A stretch of DNA of 64,000 bases from Octopus sinensis (GCF_006345805.1 NC_043008.1:69316001-69380000), one strand, 5' to 3'; shown: positions 1-13,633, counted from the stretch's first letter. Translations and numbers: made by a program. Notes: generated from the sequence alone by a model not told the origin.

Positions 1-252
1 GATCTGCAGTCCAAACACTTTTAGAGTACTAAAGGGCCTAATGATGGTGCGAATGAAATCAGACTTATACGAGCAATAAGCAGAACTACTCGTATGACAT
101 TGGATCTTCCCATGTAAGGTGCAGTAGATGGCTTTTAAGGGGTTCCCAGAGGAACCCAACAAAACAGACAGGGTGGGAGAACCACTCGACCACAGACAGC
201 ACTAGGAGGGTAAATAACACTCCCTTTTAACTTTCCTTACTTCCTGGACAGC

Positions 253-1015
253 ATGGTGGTTTTTAAAGCAGGTTGTATAAATGTACGTCGCTTGGGATCG
301 TCGTGGAAGCCAGGTGGCTGAGTCTAGATGTAATAGCCGTCAGTGAGACCAAGGTTGCGGACACACGGGCCTTGGCTCCCATTTTCGATGAATTTGTGAT
401 TTTTACATCTCTTAGTCGACCGGGAATGGTGGGTCGGGTGGTAGTGTTGTTCAGAAAAGACCTGCATCTCGAGATACGGTCGGTCTTACTGAAGGTTGCA
501 TTGTCAGAGCTAGCACACGTGCTCTAAAGCAGAAGGGAACGAAAGCCGTCCAATGGGCCTGGTTGTCCGACGCACAACGTGGTAATAAAACTACAGTTCG
601 ATCTTTGAGGGGTCGGGACGGGCGCATGCTACACGAGTTGAAGAAGATGTGCGTGGAATTTCAGCAGTACTTTGCTGAACTGTACAGGCCCGCGGTGACC
701 CGGTGGTGGAGATGAACTTCACTTTCTATCTTGATGGTATACTGCTATTTTCTGCCAGGGACGTGGAGTTCTGCGAAATGCCGATAAAAGCTGGAGATAT
801 ACGTGACGCGTTAGCTAGTTGTACAAGGGAGAAGACTCCATAATTGAATGATCTGTCCTGCGAGCTTTATACATATGCCAGACTTGTTTGGTGAGCTTTT
901 GGTTAACGTCTACCTGAATTGGCAGCAGGATAGGAGAATACCCGGATCTTTGAGCTGAGGTGTGGTCACGCTGCTGGGAAAGGATTCGAACAAGTGGGAC
1001 ATTGTTGATAACTTT
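253..1015 (+). pseudogene. Degenerate L1/Tx1-type LINE ORF2 fragment (APE endonuclease start to RT domain 0/1)
   Basis: ATG at 253 reads MVVFKAGCINVRRLG, then LDVIAVSETK (EN motifs). Later frames give KTP*LNDLSCELY and WDIVDNFRPVTL (pre-RT/RT motifs). Frameshifts, stops and an internal deletion. Confidence 0.8.
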
Positions 1016-1023
1016 AGACCGGT

Positions 1024-1085
1024 AACTCTGGTGGCCAAGAAATAATATAATAATAATAATAATAATTATTTTATTATTATTATTA

Positions 1086-1129
<44 letters not shown>

Positions 1130-1302
1130 GTATATATATTATTATATTATTATTATTATTATTATTATTATTCATTCATCATCATATTATTATTATTATT
1201 CATCATATCATCATTCCTCATCATCATTATTATTATTATTATTATTATTTTATTATTATTATTATTATTATTATATTATTATTATTATTATATTATTATA
1301 TT
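1024..1302. repeat. (TAT)n/(CAT)n microsatellite
   Basis: Direct reading. Confidence 0.95.
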
Positions 1303-1680
1303 AGCTCCGCCAAGGAAGGAAGTTGTGTTTTCGTCGGCGTTGGTTTGTCCGTCTGTCCGTCTGTGTGCAAAATAACTCAAAATGTTGTGAAGGGTATTTG
1401 ATGAAACTTGCAAAAGTTGGTAATGGCACAAGGAACAGATGATGAAATTTTGGTAGTAATCCGGGGATTTTTATGGATTCTTGAAGGATTTTTCATTTGT
1501 TATATTTACTTTACATGAAGTATTACAATGTTACGTTCTTTGATTATCTCCCTTGAAAATACGTTCATCGTTTCCACATAACTTATGGTGGCGTTACTGT
1601 TTCCAAAGTTTATTTTCGCTTCTCTATTAGTAATTTTATTCGCGTATCTAACTTAAAATGAGCTGCTTGGCGGAACTCTA
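1303..1680 (+). mobile_element. Non-autonomous Helentron-associated (HINE/DINE-1-like) element
   Basis: Subterminal inverted repeat CTCCGCCAAG (1305-1314) / CTTGGCGGAA (1666-1675). Internal GTCTGTCC microsatellite near the 5' end, typical of this architecture. Confidence 0.6.
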
Positions 1681-1689
1681 CGGAGGATG

Positions 1690-2090
1690 ACATGACAAGC
1701 CTTGACTATTGCTCCCTCCACCGCCGCTGTGAGCTCTATATCATCTGTATGTGGAAAATATTCCATCAATATTGCCATCTTTAAAATTCGTCCGAGACTT
1801 GGCCCACTACAGAAATGTTCGTGTCGTATCGCAACTATTTCACTTCAATTGGCCCTGCTCTCTTCAACATCGTGCCAGACACACATAAAGGAGGAAAGTG
1901 ATTTCACGGCATTCAAACGATCCTTAGATGATCACCCCCAGATAAACCACCAGATAAACCACCCACATCCAAATATATTTCTGAAAACAATAACCCTCTG
2001 CTTGAATGGGCTACGGTTCCCCAGAGTTGATTGTGTATTTCTTCCAGGTGCTGCTACTAAATTAGATATGACCTGAGTCAACTTCGGTCG
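1690..2090 (+). pseudogene. CR1-group LINE 3' fragment
   Basis: Frames read SLHRRCELYIICMWKIF, KIRPRLGP, RNYFTSIGPALFNIVP, FKRSLD, matching the C-terminal region of CR1-type ORF2. Confidence 0.7.
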
Positions 2091-2482
2091 AAACTTATCT
2101 AAGTAAGCTAATCTATGCTTTAACCTTTTAATCAGAGCATGACAACGTGGGTAGAGGCTGATATCTTAACATTTCTGTTTGTCTTAAGTATAAAAAAGTA
2201 TTAAAGATTTATGTAGAACTACAATCGGGTTATGTCTATAAGATAATGTGTTTAGACTTGATTTCTATCCTCAAACTGTTCAGTTTTGTAGATGCAATTT
2301 TTTTTTTAATAAAGCACTCCGAAATTAGAAAATCAAAAATCTGCAACAATCTCGGTCCCATGAGTATCGGATAATGGATTTTCAACTGTGTAAAGAAACT
2401 GATTGTGGTGATCGTAATTTTGACGGTGATTGTGGTGAAAGCAGAGACAGTGTTGATGATGACGATGGTCGAGATAAGTATG

Positions 2483-2603
2483 GGAGGGAGTTATGTTTTT
2501 GCCGTGTTGGTTTGGGAAATTGGGCGATTTTTAACATGCGTGTATATGGGTGGAAATAAGCTGCTTACTGGAGGTCTGCGCTCTCTGAGTGCTTTTCTAC
2601 TTA
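2483..2603 (+). mobile_element. Internally deleted second copy of the HINE-like element
   Basis: GGAGTTATGTTTTTGCCGTGTTGGTTTG resembles the 5' part at 1318. CTGCTT..GGAGGTCTGCGCTCTCTGAGTGCTTTTCTA resembles a 3' stem-loop end. Confidence 0.5.
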
Positions 2604-2783
2604 TTATTATTGTATTTGCACAAATTCTAACACTGGAGATGTACTATGGTGCCAGCTTTTCACTACTAGTAACATCCCTTCTTCTTCGAGCACCATCTGG
2701 AGTATTTGAGCGGTTCGAAGAAGTGCTGTATCCTGCAAGTGCTCCACCCTTATTGCATTATTGCAGCCCCTATTTGATCCATG

Positions 2784-2785
<2 letters not shown>
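2600..2785 (-). mobile_element. 3' end of RLE-type (R4/Dong-like) non-LTR retrotransposon
   Basis: Minus strand reads RVEHLQDTALLRTAQILQMVLE, then a short 3' UTR and a (TAA)n tail. Homologous to 49395-49551. Confidence 0.65.
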
Positions 2786-2951
<166 letters not shown>

Positions 2952-2952
2952 T

Positions 2953-3156
2953 GGCGGTGAGCTAGCATTACAGTTAGGACTCCGTACAAAATGTTTAGCT
3001 ACATTTCGTTCGTCTTGAGTTCAAATACTACCGAGGCTGACTTTGCCTTTCATACTTTAGGGGCCGATAAAATGAGTACCAGTTGATCAATGGGGTCGAA
3101 GTAATCGACTGACCTCTACTCCAAAATTGATGGCCATGTCCCAAAATTTGAAACCA
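2953..3156 (+). mobile_element. tRNA-derived SINE, family A
   Basis: Head GGCGG(C/T)GAGCT(G/A)GCA, B-box-like GAGTTCAAAT, tail AAAATTTGAAACC(ATT)n; more than 12 homologues in the window. Confidence 0.85.
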
Positions 3157-3774
3157 TTATTATTATTATTATTATCACGTCTTAAATAAATCTTAGTTAT
3201 TTTCCCCTGCTTCACATATCGATTGGACAAAACTTGAGTGCAAAGATGCTGGTAAGATAAAGATACAGCTTGTCAGTATTGATTTGAGAGGCACAAATTA
3301 ACAGATGCCAACTGGATAGATACAGGGTGTATATGTGAACCGAATAGCTAAATCTTTCGGCGTTAGCTGCGAAGATACAGCACGCAACACACACACACAC
3401 ACACCACACAACACACACACACACACACATTCACACACACAAAATGCTAACTTGAGCGGTACAATCAGAATTGTTAGAGCTGTATTTGTTGCGGCTCTTC
3501 GGATTTTGAGTTCGAATCCCGTCGAATCCCGTCACTTTGAATTCGAATCCCGTTTTCCGTTTATCCAGGATCAATATAGTACAATTCTCGTACAAGAATC
3601 ATTTCCATCACCTTTCCCTGCCCGCCCCCTCTCCCTCTTTCTCTCTCCCACTCTTTCGGAACTGGCTGCGCTCTCTTCCAAAACAACCACTTTCTATCGT
3701 AAAAGAAGCCTGTAATCTTTTAATCTTTGTTAGAGGAGAGAACATGATAATGTTGACATGCTCACTGATTAGCT

Positions 3775-3936
3775 AGAATGAGTGTGTGGCAGTGTCGTAA
3801 GACGTCTGCTTCACAACCATATGGTTCTGGGTTCAGTCCAACTGCATGTCACCTTGGGAAAGTGTTTCTACTATAGCCACAGGCCGACAGAAACCTTATG
3901 GGAGGACTTGCCAGACGAAACAGAAAGAAGCCTGTC

Positions 3937-3979
<43 letters not shown>

Positions 3980-4255
3980 GTGTGTGTGTGTGTGTGTGTG
4001 TGGCCGTGTGTGTGTTTGTGTGTATTCAAGGGGTGTATATGTGTGTCTGTGTGTGTTCGTCCCCTATCACCAATTAGCAACCGTAGTTAGTGTTTACATC
4101 CCTGTAACTTTGTAGTTCAGCAAAAGAGACCGATAGAATAATTTACCAGGCTAAAATAAAATAAATACTGGATTCGATCAGTTCGGCTAAAATTCTTCAT
4201 GGCGGTGCCCCAGAATGGCCGCAGTCTAATGAGTGAAACAAGTGAAAGATAAAAG
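3775..4255 (+). mobile_element. tRNA-derived SINE, family B (internal (TA)n(TG)n tract)
   Basis: GGTTCAGTCC B-box, CACCTTGGG.AAGTG.TTCTACTATAGCC body, tail ATGGCCGCAGTC.AATGA.TGAAACAAGT.AAAG. Confidence 0.85.
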
Positions 4256-4789
4256 TCTAAAAAAAAATAAATGATATATGTATGTGTGTGTGTGTGTGTG
4301 TGTGTGTATGCGATCGGATCATTAAAGACTTTAAATCAGGGATAATTTTGCTGTTTCTCTGTAGACTGAAAAATAAAACTGATGAATAACCTTAATCGAT
4401 TTTCGAATATGGCTGGATTCTGATCAAAGGAGTCGACATCAATTTGACCAATCCCAGATAAACAAGCTGCCAGTCTGTTTCTAAACTCAACAATTTCAGT
4501 AACTCCAGGAAACCTGAGCTCCTAATTTGAATACCGTAAGTGTATACACACACACACACACACACGCACGCACGCAGAGTCTAGGTTAAAGAAAAAGACA
4601 AGATTATAGTGTGCTTTCCAAAGCTCCTCTGCAGATATTGGCTATCAAATGCAATCATAGGGTGGGACTTTTTCTGGATATACATGAGGAAATCTATGAA
4701 TATCAGTAGAGTATATACACAGATATTAATAAAGGAAGATGGATTAATTGATATATATGTGTATCCAGGACGGGGTTTCAGTATGTGTG

Positions 4790-5005
4790 TGCGTACGTAG
4801 TGTGTTTTTGTTTGTGTTTCTTGTCCTCACTGCTTGACAACCAGTGTTGGTGTGCTTACGTTCTCATAAAGTAGCAGCTCTACAAAAGAGATCGCTAGAA
4901 TCACTACCAGACTTTTACAAGTACTGGGATCGATTCGCTTGGCTAAAAACTTCTTCAAAGCGGTAGCTTGGCACCGACGCAGTCTAATGACTGAAACATA
5001 TAAAA
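4790..5005 (+). mobile_element. SINE family B, 3' half
   Basis: GCTTGACAACC.GTGTTGGTGTG...ATGACTGAAAC. Confidence 0.8.
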
Positions 5006-5049
5006 GACACACACACACACACACACACGTATATATATACAGACAAATA

Positions 5050-5087
5050 GAGAGACAGATAGATTAGATAGATAGATGGATAGATGA

Positions 5088-5179
<92 letters not shown>

Positions 5180-5240
5180 GATGTATGTATGTATGTAGGT
5201 AGGTAGGTAGATAGATGGATAGATATAGATATATATAGAG
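5050..5240. repeat. (GATA)n microsatellite
   Basis: Direct reading; other large arrays at about 12165-12335, 17575-17650, 21255-21565 and 41775-41895. Confidence 0.95.
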
Positions 5241-7177
5241 AGATGTGGGGGAGAGACAGGTTTCCGATGTTGAATAGACAAAATGTGTAAATATTGATTC
5301 AAACGGAGACACTGTATGTTGTCATTGACAAGATAGAGAGGCACAGACCGGTCGCATAGACACATTAGCTATGCTAGATGTTGACTGAACAGACACACGG
5401 CTTGCAGATATTTATCCGAAAAATATACAAAATATACACAGTATTTAGGTATCTACTAGCTGGACCTAGTGACGATTGCCACTGGATAGTCACTTTGCGA
5501 AGATGTTCGCCGGATTAAATGACAGTGTGTTGATGTTGATTGTATAAATAAGATGTTGCTGTTTTGATAGGAAATGTAGTGTGCAAAGAATGATACGCAT
5601 GTTTTCTATAACCTGAAGATATTCGGTATCAATTTATTATTTCGTTTTAATAGATCTCAAATATTCACTTCTTCTCATTCTCCTTAAACAGCAGGCGTTT
5701 TCACAGATGTAAATTCCTCATCAGAGCATTTGATAGAGCAGTAGATTTTCCGTTTCAGTGTTAGACATCCACATCACTAATCCTATCCTCTCTTTTTATA
5801 CTATTTTTTGTTTGTATTCGGAGAGTTTGAATACTGTTTGATTTGAATGAGACTTGTGCAGACGTCCAATATTGACACATTCCGTTGAATACTTCGTGTT
5901 ATGTGTTGAGATTTATAAAGAAATAAAAGTATGCCTCTCATTTCCTTACACTCAGTAATGCAGAATTGAGAAAGAATCAATATCTACAGGCTGTGACCTA
6001 TCTCGTTGAAACACACTGTGTACCTAATTTATTTGCCATTTCAATAATTATCTCTGTCTAGTTAGCAGTCAATAACATCAACGAGAATACCATATTCTAT
6101 GGCCGCTATTTCGATAAGGTAGCTAGAACAACCTGAAATAGCTTCAATAAAATATGTGATGAAATCTAGTTAAATGTCACATAAAAATAGGGAAATGTTA
6201 TTATACGGATAGTTGCCGAGATTTCTCGTTAATATTATAACAAAATATTCTTTATTAGTTTCTTTCATTTGATGTTAATTGATCTAAGCAAATCTAATCG
6301 CATGTCCTTCACATTCTCCCGAATGTACTAAATACTCGACTGATTAAAATTCGATTCTTTTAATACAGCATATTTGTCAAAGTAGTTCATTTGTCTTTTC
6401 TTCTTTCTTTTTTTTTTTTTTTCAATGGCGACATAAATATGCACCAGAGGGATGGGGAAGCCTTGAGCAATAGATATATGTCCAATCTAAGCACTTTGAA
6501 ATTGAATTACGCAATTATTGTTGAGAGATTTTCTATGGACAGAGAGAAAGAGAAAGCTTTCCACGTTCATAACGAAAGGTTTTTCGTAATATTATTTACA
6601 CACCTTTGTTCACCGAGAATTGATTTATCTGCGTTGTTTCAAGTTTCTGCTTTTCTCTTTCTGTTGCAGTCTGTAAAAATGGAGACTACATAGATGGGTG
6701 GCTAAATAGATGGTTAGATAGATGGATGGAAAGATGGATGGATAGATGGCGTGATGGAGGTTGGAATGGATGGTGTGCAAAGAAGAATATCTTTAAACCA
6801 TCACATGTCTGTAGTAAAAGAGAGAACTAAGCAGGCAGAGGAGTTAGATAAGTTAGTTCTTTATTTGACTTGGCTTCGAACCCTATCCGTAATTATGGCA
6901 CGTGAGATAACGGTTGAAAAGAGTGTGTAACTTGATGAAATCTTCTTGGAGACATGGGCAGAGAAAGTTGCGATTAAAATTGATTCCTTTGGACTAGGCA
7001 GGAAGCCAAGGCAAGGGTTCCAGGAGAGGGCGTAAAGTCAGTTCATTTTCAAACCAAAGAGTATTTGCTTTATTGATTCCAATTATATCTTATAGGCCCC
7101 AGTGTATTGCTTACACGTTCTTGAATATAAGATGATATACATGCGATATGTATGCGTGCATCTGCGTGTGTTTTGGA

Positions 7178-7213
<36 letters not shown>

Positions 7214-7214
7214 G

Positions 7215-7545
7215 GAGCATGTCTTTCATCTTTTACTAGCTTCAGTCATTAGGCTGCAGCTATACTGGTGTGCCGCCTTGAAGAATTTTTGTCAAAAGAA
7301 TCGATCCCAGTACTTGCCGTGCGAAGGATGACATAAAGAAACAAACAAACACACACACACACACACACACATTTATACGACGGAATTTCAGCTTCCGTCT
7401 CGTAAATCCACTTCTAAGGTTTTAGTTGGTCTTTGGTTTATAGTAAAAGACACTTGACCAAGATGCCACGCAGTGGGACTGATACCGGAACCATATTGCT
7501 GGAAAGCAAACTTCTTACCAAACACCCATTCTCCTCTGCGCCTAT
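7215..7545 (-). mobile_element. SINE family B, internally deleted
   Basis: Tail at 7225-7320 and head at 7375-7545 on the minus strand. Confidence 0.75.
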
Positions 7546-8723
7546 ATATATCTATATATATATATATATATATATATGCATATATATATATGCATATATG
7601 TATGCATATAAGTATGTGTTTTTGTATGTATGATCCAGTAATACACAAAACACCTCGTACACATATATACACATCTGAAAACACAAAATGCACATCTCAA
7701 TTAATCTAATCAAGGCATTTCTTCACTCGAGTGTGTTCTGAATCTAATTATAAGCCACTTGCGATCCGTCATCAAAATCAAAATGAATCTCAAATATGTA
7801 ATATTTGAGAATATATATGAAGAACATATGCTTATAAGGTAAAGGACCAAATATCTGGGAAGCATTTAACCAAATTTCTGGATTTTATAGTGTTCCGGAG
7901 ACAACTTAAATATATACTCGAAATCTAAAATAAACTATGAAATGTGAAGAGCTAAATAACAAATTCAAATTATAGATTCAAATTTATGAATTTCTAAAGC
8001 AAGGTCTGTCTGGCATTTATTTACCACTTACAATTCTTAAAATATATCACATTGTACTATGCATATTATATAAGGTTTATAAGATGAAAATTAAATTAAG
8101 TAAAGTATCACTTATTCTACATTATACAGGTACAAATTAATACGCTTCTAATGCAGTGTTAAACAAGTATTAATATAGAGAGGTAATATTTATTCTCAGT
8201 TAAAGGCAGATTTCCTGCTAGAACAAACTACACTGCAGTAGTTACAATGAAAGGAACTCCCCTGTTGGCTTTTGGTGCAAGATGCACTTATGCTTATGTG
8301 GCCAGCGAGGAGATTAATCCCCGCCATATCAAGCACAGAGGTCACCAGATTACGATCTTCCTTAGTCTTGTCAACGATGGATGCTAGACTGTTAGGGATA
8401 GCAGCGATTCGTCCCTCCTGCCGGCGATATATGAAATAACAGTACCAGAAAAGGCGCTGGTGTCGCGATTTGTCAGTGTGATTGTTAAAAAATATTACCT
8501 AACGCAGGGTTTATTGAATTTGTATCGATCCACATAAAAAGTGAAAAAAAAAGTAAAAACTATTTTTAACAGAGCGTATGCAAATTCAACAATTTAACAA
8601 AGATACTCATATGCCAAGTGACTCATTCATGTCAATTATAAAGCTTGATAAATACCATGGACTATATTCTCATCACTTGAATCACGATGCAAATTTTTAC
8701 CGATACATATATAAAAATAATAT

Positions 8724-8875
8724 ATGGCTACGTGGTAAGAAGCTTGCTTCCCAACCACATGGTCCTGGATTCAGCATCACTGCGTGGTACCTTGAGCAAG
8801 TGTCTTCTATAGCCTAGGGCAGATCGAAGTGAGTGTATTTAGTAGACAGAAACTGAAAGAAGACCGTCGTATACA
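8724..8875 (+). mobile_element. SINE family B, 5' half
   Basis: TGGCTACGTGGTAAGAAGCTTGCTTCCCAACCACATGG...GAAAGAAGACCGTCG. Confidence 0.8.
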
Positions 8876-8951
8876 TACATACATATACATACATACATAC
8901 ATACATACATACATACATACATACATACATACATACATGCATATATGTATG

Positions 8952-8995
<44 letters not shown>

Positions 8996-9009
8996 TAGAT
9001 ATATATATA

Positions 9010-9326
9010 GGCGCATGGCTCAGTGGTGAGATCGTCGAGCTTACGATTGTGAGGTTGTGAGTTCAAATCTCGGACCGGGCTGCGTGTTGTGCTTGAGCAA
9101 GACACTATTTCGCGTTGCTCCTGTTCACTCAGCTGTAGAAATGAGTTGCGACGTCACAGGTGCCAAGCTGTATCGGCCTTTGCCTTTCCCTTGGATAACA
9201 CGGATGGCGTGGAGGCCGGTATGCATAGGCGACTGTTGGACTTCCATAAACAACCTTGCCCGGATTTGTGCCTGGGAGGGTAACTTGCTAGGTGCAATCC
9301 CATGGTCAGTCATGACGGAAGTGGGT
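9010..9326 (+). mobile_element. tRNA-derived SINE, family C (Meta-domain-like core)
   Basis: GGCGCATGGCTCAGTGG A-box, GAGTTCAAATC B-box, core TTGCTCC.GTTCACTCAGCTGTAGAAATGAG; colinear with the minus copy at 28957-29293. Confidence 0.85.
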
Positions 9327-9370
9327 CAGCATATGTATGTGTGTGTGTGGTGTGTGTGTGTGTGTGTATT

Positions 9371-9410
<40 letters not shown>

Positions 9411-9415
<5 letters not shown>

Positions 9416-9552
9416 TAAAAGCAGCAGAAATGTAACAAAGGCTGTTACTCAGAGTTTCTCGTTCCCGTTTGTTAAAAAAAAAACTGTTCGACGATCGGGA
9501 ACGTGAAACTCTGGGTAACAGCTTTTGTTATATTTCTGGTGTTTTTAAATAA
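9411..9552. repeat. Fold-back (56-bp arms, 30-nt spacer) containing a degenerate hammerhead
   Basis: 9411-9466 is the reverse complement of 9497-9552 with about 6 substitutions. Confidence 0.85.
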
Positions 9553-9758
9553 AGCATATTATTCTACTTCTGGTATTTGAGTACTCTCTTTTTCCACCTT
9601 GTTTCACATATATGTCGATTAGTGAGTTGAATTGTTTAGCAGAGCACTAGCACAGTTTGGGCTACCTGGTGCACCCGTAGTCAGGCTATATACGTTGGAT
9701 CTACTCCAAGAACTCTGCATTGTTAGTTGAGATAATAAGAATTTCTTAAGTCACCAGA

Positions 9759-9820
<62 letters not shown>

Positions 9821-9845
9821 AGATGCATGACAGATAGATAGTCGC

Positions 9846-9880
<35 letters not shown>

Positions 9881-10199
9881 TGACAGGCTGACAGGTGAAG
9901 CAGAGTGAGAGGAGAAATAAATTCAAAAGAAAACATTTTTCATACCGCCAGCGCTGCAATGTCTGTCACGGCATACTTTCATTTGCAGTTGACATTGCAA
10001 TTGATCTGTTGAAGATCTGTTGTCATGAATTGATATATTTGATGAGGAGAGACTTCCCGAGGTATATCAGAAATGATTGCTCGCTCTTTTCTCTTTGTTT
10101 TTCGATGCACTTTGCCATGAATACTACACAGATGATCGTCAAGTCAAAACTGAATGGTTGAGTGAGGCCATCACAGTCAGTGTATCGTGTATGTATGTA

Positions 10200-10236
<37 letters not shown>

Positions 10237-10273
10237 TAAGATATATATATCTATATATATATATATAATATAT

Positions 10274-10312
<39 letters not shown>

Positions 10313-10467
10313 AATATCAATATATGTACATATATGCATATATATATATATACATACATATATATATACATATTATATGTATGTATATACATGTGTTTAA
10401 GTATATACATAAATGTATACACACACACATGCACACGCACACACACATAAATATATATATACATATA

Positions 10468-10925
10468 TAGGTGCAGCCTGGTTGTGTGGAAAGAAGTTGG
10501 CTTTCCAGGCACAGAGTTCCGGATTCTGTCGCATGGGTGACACCCAGGCCAACCAAAGCCTTATGAGTGGATTTGCTAGACGGAAGCTGAAAGAAGCACG
10601 TCGTATAATATATGTGTGTGTGTGTGTGTGTGCGTGTGCGTGTGTGCGCGGATGTTTGTGTGTGTGTGTTTCTGTGTGTGTGTTTCTATGTATGTAGATG
10701 TGCATGTATGTGTTTGTGCTTGTCCTGCGCTACCACTTGAGTTTACATATCCGTAACTCTAGCGGTTCGGCATCAGAAACCGATAGAATAATTTCCAGGC
10801 TAAAAAAAGAAGTACTGGAGCGATTTATTTGACTAAGAATCTATGAATTCTTCAATGTGGTGCCCCACCATGACCGCACACACATGACTGAATAATGTGA
10901 AAGATAAAGATACAAGATAAAGATA
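10468..10925 (+). mobile_element. SINE family B
   Basis: Full head-body-tail homology to the other copies. Confidence 0.8.
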
Positions 10926-10941
10926 GATATATATATATATA

Positions 10942-11561
10942 TACTAGCAGTGTTGCCCGGCTCGACGGGGATTTCAGGGGAGAGTTTCAGGGAGTTGCTG
11001 GCGATGTATCGTGATAATCAAAAATCCGGCCTGTTATAATTTGGTTAAAGTGATTCAAACTGCAGACTCAACGCAATATGGTCACATTCAATTCAAAGCG
11101 TTAAAAATGTTATGAAAACAATTGGTATGTGTTCTCAAAGTCCAACGATTAATACGAAAAAACCCTCAGCTACATCCCGAAAATTAGTTCTTTGCCGAAT
11201 TTCTACAATGTTTACGGCGATTCGTTTTTTATATCTTGATCTTTTATTTTTCATGCCATTTACGCATGCTTGCCCGCCGTGGCGAACACAGTTCACGTCA
11301 AAAGCGACTGAGTAGTAAAGTTCACTATTCAATGCATGGGATAAGGCCTAAAACAAAACATTATCGATTTTTGCAGTTGCGAGATGAATTTCGGAACAGA
11401 AATAGCGCAGTTCAGTTTTCATTCGCCTAAACTTTAAGTGGCCCATTTTTTTGTGGTTCTACGATTTGTTGGCTAGGAGGAGATGTGCCGGGAAGTTAAC
11501 CACACAGACACACACACAGATACACACACAGACACACAAGTTGAGTTTTATATATATAGAT
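10942..11561 (+). mobile_element. Helitron/Lep1-HINE-like non-autonomous element
   Basis: 5' ACTAGCAGTGTTGCCCGGC, 3' CA-rich tract then TTTTATATATATAGAT; resemblance of termini only. Confidence 0.45.
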
Positions 11562-11649
11562 ATGTGTGTGTGTGTATGTATGTATGTGTGGGTGTGTGTG
11601 TCTGTGTCTGTGTGTATGTATATATATATATATATATAATATAAATGTG

Positions 11650-11694
<45 letters not shown>

Positions 11695-12047
11695 AAATAG
11701 AAAAAGGGAAGAAAAAGGGAAAAAATGTACAAAAAATGTTTTTATCTAAAGACATTCAAAGTATAGATAGAAATTCCAACCTACAGCTGTTTCCATACAC
11801 AATTCTTTAATTTCAGAAATAAAATTCCATATACGAAACTATTGAATTTTGCATATCCTCAGGGAGAATTTCTAAAGGAACTTTAACAACGCGTAGGTTA
11901 ACCTGCTTAAATACTTATACGTTTCGGTGATAAACTAATATACTTAGTGTTATCTGAATGGTGGAATAACCCGGTGAACTAGGATGCTCTCATCTCTTAA
12001 GGGGCTTTAGTTCCTCGACTTATTAAATAAAATTCTCTCTCTCTCTG

Positions 12048-12086
<39 letters not shown>

Positions 12087-12164
12087 ACATACACACACAC
12101 ACATACACACACACGCACACACACACACACACACACATACACACACACACACACACATATACAC

Positions 12165-12202
<38 letters not shown>

Positions 12203-12276
12203 GATAGATAGATAGATAGATAGAGAGTAGAAGATAGATAGATAAGAGATAGACAGATAGATAGATAGATAGATAG

Positions 12277-12333
<57 letters not shown>

Positions 12334-12899
12334 TTAGATATACTTATGTAAAGAATATAGGGAAACAGAATTTTACCAAAACATAGCAAACAGAAAATTC
12401 CTAACTTATTCCTCATCAGTCAACGTCCAAAAGATCATTACAATTTCGCGCCTTTAGATGTACTTATGTAACGCTACGCATATCTGATTTCTTTATATTT
12501 ATATATCGAAAATGGAAAGGAAAAGGTTAATCGAAAATGAAAACATGAATAAAAGCGAAAGCAACAGAAATCAAAAGAACTTATGCAGTGGAAGGCTTTT
12601 CGTCAGAAAGAAGAAAGAGGAAAGATCCGGAAACAAGGAAAAAGAAGTCCAAGTAAAGTATATTCGTGGCTTCATATCTCTTTAGTATTTAAATATGAGC
12701 TGCTTACGTTTTCGTGCTGTTGAAACAAAATAATTCGGCAGACTGTATACCATGCCTTGTGTTATCAAACAATCCGTTAAAGAAGCCGTCACTATTGCAA
12801 TTAAATATTCTATTTCTTTTATTAACTTCTGTAGGTTGAACTATGAAAATGTTAGAGAAAAGCCTAGCTGTTTCTTGCAATACATACCAATACATACAT

Positions 12900-13030
12900 C
12901 TCATGCAAAATTTTTTCAGGGACCCTTAAAATACTATTGTGGATCCCCAATATGTTATTTTGCTGTGTGGATCCCCAAACATTTTATGTGGACCCTAAGG
13001 GGTCATATGGATCTCGATTGAAAACCACTG
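12900..13030 (-). mobile_element. One end of a hAT-type MITE
   Basis: Terminus reads CAGTGGTTTTCAATC on the minus strand, with repeated GTGGA(T/C)CCC subterminal motifs; partner TIR not seen. Confidence 0.5.
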
Positions 13031-13206
13031 CTCTAGAGTCTCGCCTGCTAACAGAGAAGTAAAACTCCAAAGAAATCAATGTGTAGTCATGCCCTCATAC
13101 CACGTTTACAGACTCTCAGGTAAGTCATAAGCTGATGATCTTGAGAACATATCTCCAGAGTAGGAAGAGACTGACTCTATACGTATAATTATAATGATTT
13201 CAAATT

Positions 13207-13406
13207 TTTGCCACAAGGGCGGTTTGGGGGAAGTGGGAATTTCTGGATTACATCGACCCCAGTGTTTAACTGGTATTTATTTTATCGACCCCGAAAGGAT
13301 GAAAAGCAAAGTCGAACTCGGAGGAATTTGAGCTCAGAACGTAGCAATGGGCGAAGTGCCGCTAAGCATTTCGTCCAGCATGCTAACAATTCTGCCAGTT
13401 TGCCGC
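13207..13406 (-). mobile_element. SINE family A
   Basis: Reverse-complement homology to 2953-3156. Confidence 0.85.
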
Positions 13407-13601
13407 ATTATATGTATACTTATAATAGTAGGAATTTAAAAGTGTCTTATTTTCTTATCATGCTTTCCGCATTTGCCGAAAAAGGCCATCATTTCAGCCC
13501 ATTGTTTCATTCGATTGTTTCAGCGCAGTTTTAAAAATAGCATAATGACTTCGGACACTTAGAAAGTGAATTCAAACACGGACAGAAAAAGGAGGTACTA
13601 G

Positions 13602-13633
<32 letters not shown>

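Noticed and set aside
5693-5730. Minus-strand CTGATGAGGAATTTACATCTGTGAAAACG
   Set aside because: Stems II and III do not close; at best a decayed relic. The same applies to 23979-24021 and about 38520.
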